Below, one piece after another: positions 22,679 to 24,218 of a stretch of 24,218 bases of DNA (its first letter is position 1; every line of letters starts with the position of its first letter). The position numbers and the translations under genes are program-made. Source of the stretch: a virus (taxonomy: Duplodnaviria > Caudoviricetes). A model generated the notes under the pieces. The model was not told where the DNA came from, did not search any database, and was given only the letters and a program-made list of their open reading frames with translations. Location of the stretch: the IMG/VR virus record IMGVR_UViG_3300048851_000089, positions 1-24,218 of that record. One strand, given 5' to 3'.

Positions 22679-23678
22679 GCCCCTTCCGTACATCAAGACG
22701 GTCCGATCGCGAGGCAAGGTGTACGAGTATTTCGTCACCGGCCTGGTCGAGGGCGGCAAGCCGGTCCTTCGCCGTCTGCCGGCGCGGACCGATCGCGCAT
22801 TCGGCCGCAGCTACGCCGGCATGGTCGCTGCGCGGCACGCGCGCGCCAGCGCGATCGCCGCGGTGACGATGGCCGATCTCAGCCGCGCCTACCAGCTGTC
22901 GCCGCAGTTCAAGAACCGCAAGGAGCGGACGCAACAGACGTACAACATCTACCTGCGCGGGATCGAGGCCGAGATGGGCGAGGCGCCGGTCGCCGAGATC
23001 GAGCGACGCGACATCCAGACGCTGCTCGACAAGCTGCAGGACCGCCCCGGCGCGGCGAACATGACGCTGGCGGTGCTGCGCAACCTGTTCAAGCACGCGC
23101 TGAAACGGGAATGGATCCAGGCGGACCCGACGCGGGATGTCGAGTTCGTCGAGGGCAGCGGGGACACGCACGAGCCGTGGCCCGAGCAGCTGGTCGTCGC
23201 CGCGCTCGCCGACCCGCAGGTCAGCCTGCCGGTCGCGCTCCTCTACTACACCGCCCAGCGTATCGGCGACGTCTGCCGCATGCGGTGGACGGACATCGAC
23301 GAGGGCTATCTTGCGGTCACGCAGGAGAAGACCGACAAGCCGATGGAGATCCGGGTCCACTCGGCGCTCGCGAAGATCCTCGAGACCCAGCCGCGTGCCG
23401 CCGAGACCATCATCCAGTGGCGGGGGAAGCCGGTCACGCCGGGCGCGCTTCGCAAGCGGATGCAGGTTTGGGCAGCGAAAGAGGGCGTGAAGATCGTCGC
23501 GCACGGGCTTCGCAAGAACGCGGTCAACGCGCTGCTCGAGGCCGGATGCTCCGTCGGTGAGACGTCGGCGATCTCCGGACAGTCGCTGGCGATGGTGGAA
23601 TTGTACGCGCGCCGACGCAACAATCGGAAGATGGGCAGCGCCGCTATCGGCCGCTGGGAGGACGCAGAACATGCATAG
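22665..23678 (+). CDS. int: Helper prophage tyrosine integrase (337 aa)
   Basis: AQRIGD, QEKT, HGLRKN, SGQS, VELYA. Confidence 0.92.
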   Translation: MARSKPLPYIKTVRSRGKVYEYFVTGLVEGGKPVLRRLPARTDRAFGRSYAGMVAARHARASAIAAVTMADLSRAYQLSPQFKNRKERTQQTYNIYLRGIEAEMGEAPVAEIERRDIQTLLDKLQDRPGAANMTLAVLRNLFKHALKREWIQADPTRDVEFVEGSGDTHEPWPEQLVVAALADPQVSLPVALLYYTAQRIGDVCRMRWTDIDEGYLAVTQEKTDKPMEIRVHSALAKILETQPRAAETIIQWRGKPVTPGALRKRMQVWAAKEGVKIVAHGLRKNAVNALLEAGCSVGETSAISGQSLAMVELYARRRNNRKMGSAAIGRWEDAEHA

Positions 23679-23701
23679 AACGTGGAAAACATCTGGAAAA
23701 C
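23667..23701 (+). promoter_or_regulatory. LexA-like box over the int stop plus putative arm-type repeats
   Basis: GAAC-ATGCATA-GAAC (23667-23681); TGGAAAAC at 23683 and 23694. Confidence 0.5.
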
Positions 23702-23798
23702 AGGGCCGGAATCCGCGCCATTCCGCGCGGCCAGCGTTAACCCGTTCTTAGCAGCGGCCGTGTCATTCCCCTGACCGATTGGCGGAGTTCGGGGATTT

Positions 23799-24218
23799 AT
23801 GCGGGTTCTGGCGTTGGCATCGCAAAAGGGGGGGTCGGGCAAGACCACCTTGTCGGGGCATCTGGCCGTTCAGGCGCAGCTGGCCGGGCAGGGACCTGTC
23901 GTGCTGATCGACATCGATCCGCAGGGATCGCTGTCCGACTGGTGGAACGAGCGCAGCGCGGAATATCCGGCGTTCGCGCAGACCACCGTCGCCCGGCTCG
24001 CCGCGGACCTGGAGACGCTGCGCCAGCAGGGCTTCAAGCTGGCGATGATCGATACGCCGCCGGCGATTACCGTCGCGATCCAGAGCGTGATCGCGGTCGC
24101 CGAACTGATCGTCGTGCCGACCCGGCCGAGCCCGCACGATCTGCGCGCCGTCGGCGCCACCGTCGACTTGTGCGAGCGCGCCGGCAAGCCGCTGATCTTC
24201 GTCGTCAACGCCGCGACA
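23799..24218 (+). CDS. ParA-family ATPase (host gene, truncated by the window edge)
   Basis: MRVLALASQKGGSGKTT...VLIDIDPQGS...MIDTPP. Confidence 0.92.
   Translation, partial: MRVLALASQKGGSGKTTLSGHLAVQAQLAGQGPVVLIDIDPQGSLSDWWNERSAEYPAFAQTTVARLAADLETLRQQGFKLAMIDTPPAITVAIQSVIAVAELIVVPTRPSPHDLRAVGATVDLCERAGKPLIFVVNAAT

Larger units (their letters stand above)
1..23750. mobile_element. Lambdoid cos-type prophage (helper); continues left of the window; right boundary approximate
   Basis: Gene order int-xis-early genes-cI/cro-CII-like-rep-nusG-cos-terS-terL. Host-type parA begins at 23799. The partner att site is not in the window. Confidence 0.9.

Overview
High-GC alphaproteobacterial DNA (Sphingomonas-like by gene content; this is an inference). 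Almost the whole window is a lambdoid, cos-packaging prophage. From right to left it carries the integrase/xis end next to a host parA (~23.7 kb), an early operon, a cI/cro switch, replication genes, a NusG-type antiterminator, cos, terS and terL. The GpA-like terL is split by an 11,000-bp satellite bounded by the 15-bp direct repeat CCGTAGAAGGTTCGG (143-157 and 11143-11157). Excising it restores the terL frame (...KDPNLLR|TWVNQVLGEAW...). This is the architecture of a helper-embedded satellite. The satellite encodes its own tyrosine integrase, Xis/AlpA, wHTH Rep-like protein, Bro-N/ANT antirepressor, protease-capsid fusion, tailspike and acyltransferase, plus a P4-CI/C4-like antisense RNA switch. 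It also mimics its helper three ways: a near-copy of the helper cos, a DNA-binding-domain-only mini-TerS, and non-coding copies of the helper's replication-origin iterons. Those iteron copies are the first block of a cassette of several different iteron-like arrays. This apparent library of phage origins is the most novel-looking feature. All protein calls come from motif recognition by eye; no database searches were run.
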